Source: Nitrososphaeraceae archaeon (GTDB taxonomy: Archaea; Thermoproteota; Nitrososphaeria; Nitrososphaerales; Nitrososphaeraceae). From it: a stretch of 20,914 bases of DNA. Below the pieces are notes generated by a model, which was not told where the DNA came from, searched no databases, and saw nothing but the letters and a program-made list of their open reading frames with translations. Both the position numbers and the translations under genes were made by a program. Of this stretch, positions 18,982 through 20,914 are shown in pieces. Location: NCBI GenBank assembly GCA_035297365.1, contig DATGZA010000073.1, forward strand, positions 1-20,914, in the 5' to 3' direction. The first letter of the stretch is position 1. Each line of letters starts with the position of its first letter.

Positions 18982-19629
18982 TTATAAAAATGCAGTTATC
19001 AACAAATTTAACCCAAATATTCCTATAATAGTATTAAAAAATAAGAGAACAATTCTGTAAACTTGTTCTTTAACTATTGATCTCCCCTTCGAAGACATAA
19101 AAGATGTAATCCATAACCAGAAATAATCCATCCATATATGTGAAAAGAAAAGCAAGATTAGACCATGTAGATAACCAAAATTATTTAATGAGTCAGAAAT
19201 AAGTTTCAACCCGATAGTAGACCACCAAACAAGGAAAAATGGATTGAGACCTGTGAAAATCATTCCAACCGATACAGCGTTTTTGATTAGATATTTAGAA
19301 TATTGATTATTTGTTTCCATGGATTTATTTTTTATTATAGGATAAATCTGCATGAACGAGAAAAATATCATGAAGATACCCCCAACTATTCCTATTATTT
19401 TCAAAATATCAGAATCAGATATAGAGACGGCAGAAAATGTGTTTACTCCGTAGAATAACAATACTAGTAATGGAAATTCTACTAGTGTATGTCCGATGGC
19501 AATTTTTAACCCCATCAATGAACCGTATTTACTACCATAAAATAGATTCACAAAAAATAAAGGTCCGGGAGAGAAGACTCCAGACGTAGAAACAATAATA
19601 ACATAAAAGAAAAATTCCAATGGAGACAT
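18982..19629 (-). CDS. LysE-type amino-acid/metabolite exporter
   Basis: SGVFSPGPLF, GHTLVEFP and LNPFFLVWW motifs; about six TM segments. Confidence 0.9.
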   Translation of the reverse strand: MSPLEFFFYVIIVSTSGVFSPGPLFFVNLFYGSKYGSLMGLKIAIGHTLVEFPLLVLLFYGVNTFSAVSISDSDILKIIGIVGGIFMIFFSFMQIYPIIKNKSMETNNQYSKYLIKNAVSVGMIFTGLNPFFLVWWSTIGLKLISDSLNNFGYLHGLILLFFSHIWMDYFWLWITSFMSSKGRSIVKEQVYRIVLLFFNTIIGIFGLNLLITAFL

Positions 19630-19660
19630 TCGATTTATCTTATGAACGATAATGAATAAC

Positions 19661-19687
19661 TATATAACTTGTCATTTTGTAAGACAA
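19661..19687 (-). promoter_or_regulatory. TATA box with abutting TTGTC-N9-GACAA inverted repeat upstream of the LysE gene
   Basis: Minus-strand GTTATATA at 19668-19661; TTGTC at 19669-19673 and GACAA at 19683-19687. Confidence 0.4.
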
Positions 19688-19709
19688 AATTTAAATTCTA
19701 ATAGTGAGG

Positions 19710-20282
19710 TTATTTTTTAATTAATGACCATCTACTCTTTATTTTTGACAGCGTACTTTTAAAGTGACCTAACGTTTCATTATCAAGAATGCAAAATTCT
19801 ACAGTATCTAGAGAAGTTTTATTGTTTAACAAAAATTTTTCAGTTTCATTTAAAAGAATTTCTGCACATCTAAGTTTAGGAAAACCAAAAATACCAGAGC
19901 TGATCGCAGGAATGGAAATAGTTTTGAATTCTTTCTTAGTTGCTAGTTGCAGGGTATTGAAAATAGATTGAGATAATTTACTATCTTCGTCGCCTTCTCC
20001 CATTCTAGGTCCTACAGTATGAATTATTGCAGAACAGGGTAGGTTCCCAGAGGAGGTAATAACTGAATTTCCTACTGGAACAAATCCTATCTTGTCACTT
20101 TCCATCTGGATTATTTTTCCACCTTTTCTTACTATTGAACCAGCTATACCACTACCATGTTTTAAAAAAGAATTTGCAGCATTGACAATTACGTCAACTT
20201 TTCTTTCAGTTATATCTCCCTGTACTATAGCGATTTTTTTATTGTCTGAAAAGCTAAATTCATCCACTAAATGACCAGTCAT
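19710..20282 (-). CDS. Macrodomain protein (O-acetyl-ADP-ribose deacetylase, YmdB/MacroD-like)
   Basis: GDIT, IVNAANS.LKHGSGIAGSI, IIHTVGP and ISIPAISSGIFGFP. Confidence 0.95.
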   Translation of the reverse strand: MTGHLVDEFSFSDNKKIAIVQGDITERKVDVIVNAANSFLKHGSGIAGSIVRKGGKIIQMESDKIGFVPVGNSVITSSGNLPCSAIIHTVGPRMGEGDEDSKLSQSIFNTLQLATKKEFKTISIPAISSGIFGFPKLRCAEILLNETEKFLLNNKTSLDTVEFCILDNETLGHFKSTLSKIKSRWSLIKK

Positions 20283-20392
20283 AAATTAAAAATAAAGGTT
20301 GTTTAATAAATAAATATTCAATTCAAAGCTCATGAGCAAAGATCTTAACAATACTAAATTTTGCATAATACATATTACAGAGCTTATATACA

Positions 20393-20914
20393 TCATAGAT
20401 TTCTTATCATTTCCAAAATCTTAGGCAGAGTTTCAGTTGCCTTTCCCCTGAAGGAAAAATCCATTAAATTATTAAAAATAGTAGGTTCTGGATTCATTTC
20501 AATAAGAGTTGCACCATTTCTTTTAGCATTAAGAGGTAATGTATTCACAGGACCAACGTTCAATGAAGTTCCCACGATAAACATTACACTACAATTCCCT
20601 GAAGATTCCTCTGCTATTTTCCATGCTTGTTGATCTAATGGCTCTCCAAAGAAGACAATTTCAGGTCTTAAAATATTTTTACATGATTTACAAATTGGTG
20701 GCAAATCTTGAATATTTTTTATATCTTGCTGTTGAAATTCACCTTTAAAATTGCAGCCAGTACATTTTATTCTCATTATATTTCCATGAAGTTCAACAAT
20801 ATTTTTGCTGCCAGCTCTTCTATGCAATCCATCTATATTTTGTGTCAAAATGGTGGTATTTTTCAACCTTTCAATTTCTGCTATTGTTAAATGTCCAAGA
20901 TTGGGTTCGCAACC
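20393..20914 (-). CDS. cobB: NAD-dependent protein deacylase, sirtuin (Sir2/CobB) family; 5'-truncated by the window edge
   Basis: Frame open to the window end (GCEPNLGH...); TQNIDGLH, ELHGN, Zn-binding CTGC/CKSC, LRPEIVFFGE and VGTSLNV. Confidence 0.93.
   Translation of the reverse strand, partial: GCEPNLGHLTIAEIERLKNTTILTQNIDGLHRRAGSKNIVELHGNIMRIKCTGCNFKGEFQQQDIKNIQDLPPICKSCKNILRPEIVFFGEPLDQQAWKIAEESSGNCSVMFIVGTSLNVGPVNTLPLNAKRNGATLIEMNPEPTIFNNLMDFSFRGKATETLPKILEMIRNL

Noticed and set aside
19789-20890. Plus-strand ORFs over the macrodomain and sirtuin genes
   Set aside because: Antisense shadows of conserved genes.

Overview
AT-rich window (roughly 30% GC by eye). Gene content and TATA-like boxes about 25 nt upstream of starts suggest an archaeon, probably a Nitrososphaerota/Nitrosocosmicus-like ammonia oxidiser; this is inference, not searched. 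The left ~16.5 kb is a low-density accessory region with decayed genes. It holds five copies of one uncharacterised domain (N-terminal 'YG-x-S/T-Y...W-x-W...IP', C-terminal 'D/H/G-G-Y/W-x3-KPL-x2-G-x-H'). Two copies have signal anchors (5750..6649, 15685..16476), two are cytoplasmic (7312..8325, 10887..11546), and one is a pseudogene missing from the ORF track (~10087..10720). They are interleaved with a DyP-type peroxidase carrying Glu in the GxxDG motif, a ~10-TM membrane protein with a helical tail and no kinase domain, and a type I phosphoribosyltransferase. Further left are a GMC oxidoreductase remnant, a GC-rich orphan gene and an HTH/coiled-coil gene preceded by four TATTTGAC repeats. 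The right ~4 kb looks like housekeeping: a BtuF/TroA-like protein, an AAA+ ATPase, a LysE-type exporter, a macrodomain protein and a partial sirtuin. No rRNA, tRNA, CRISPR array or transposase was recognised.
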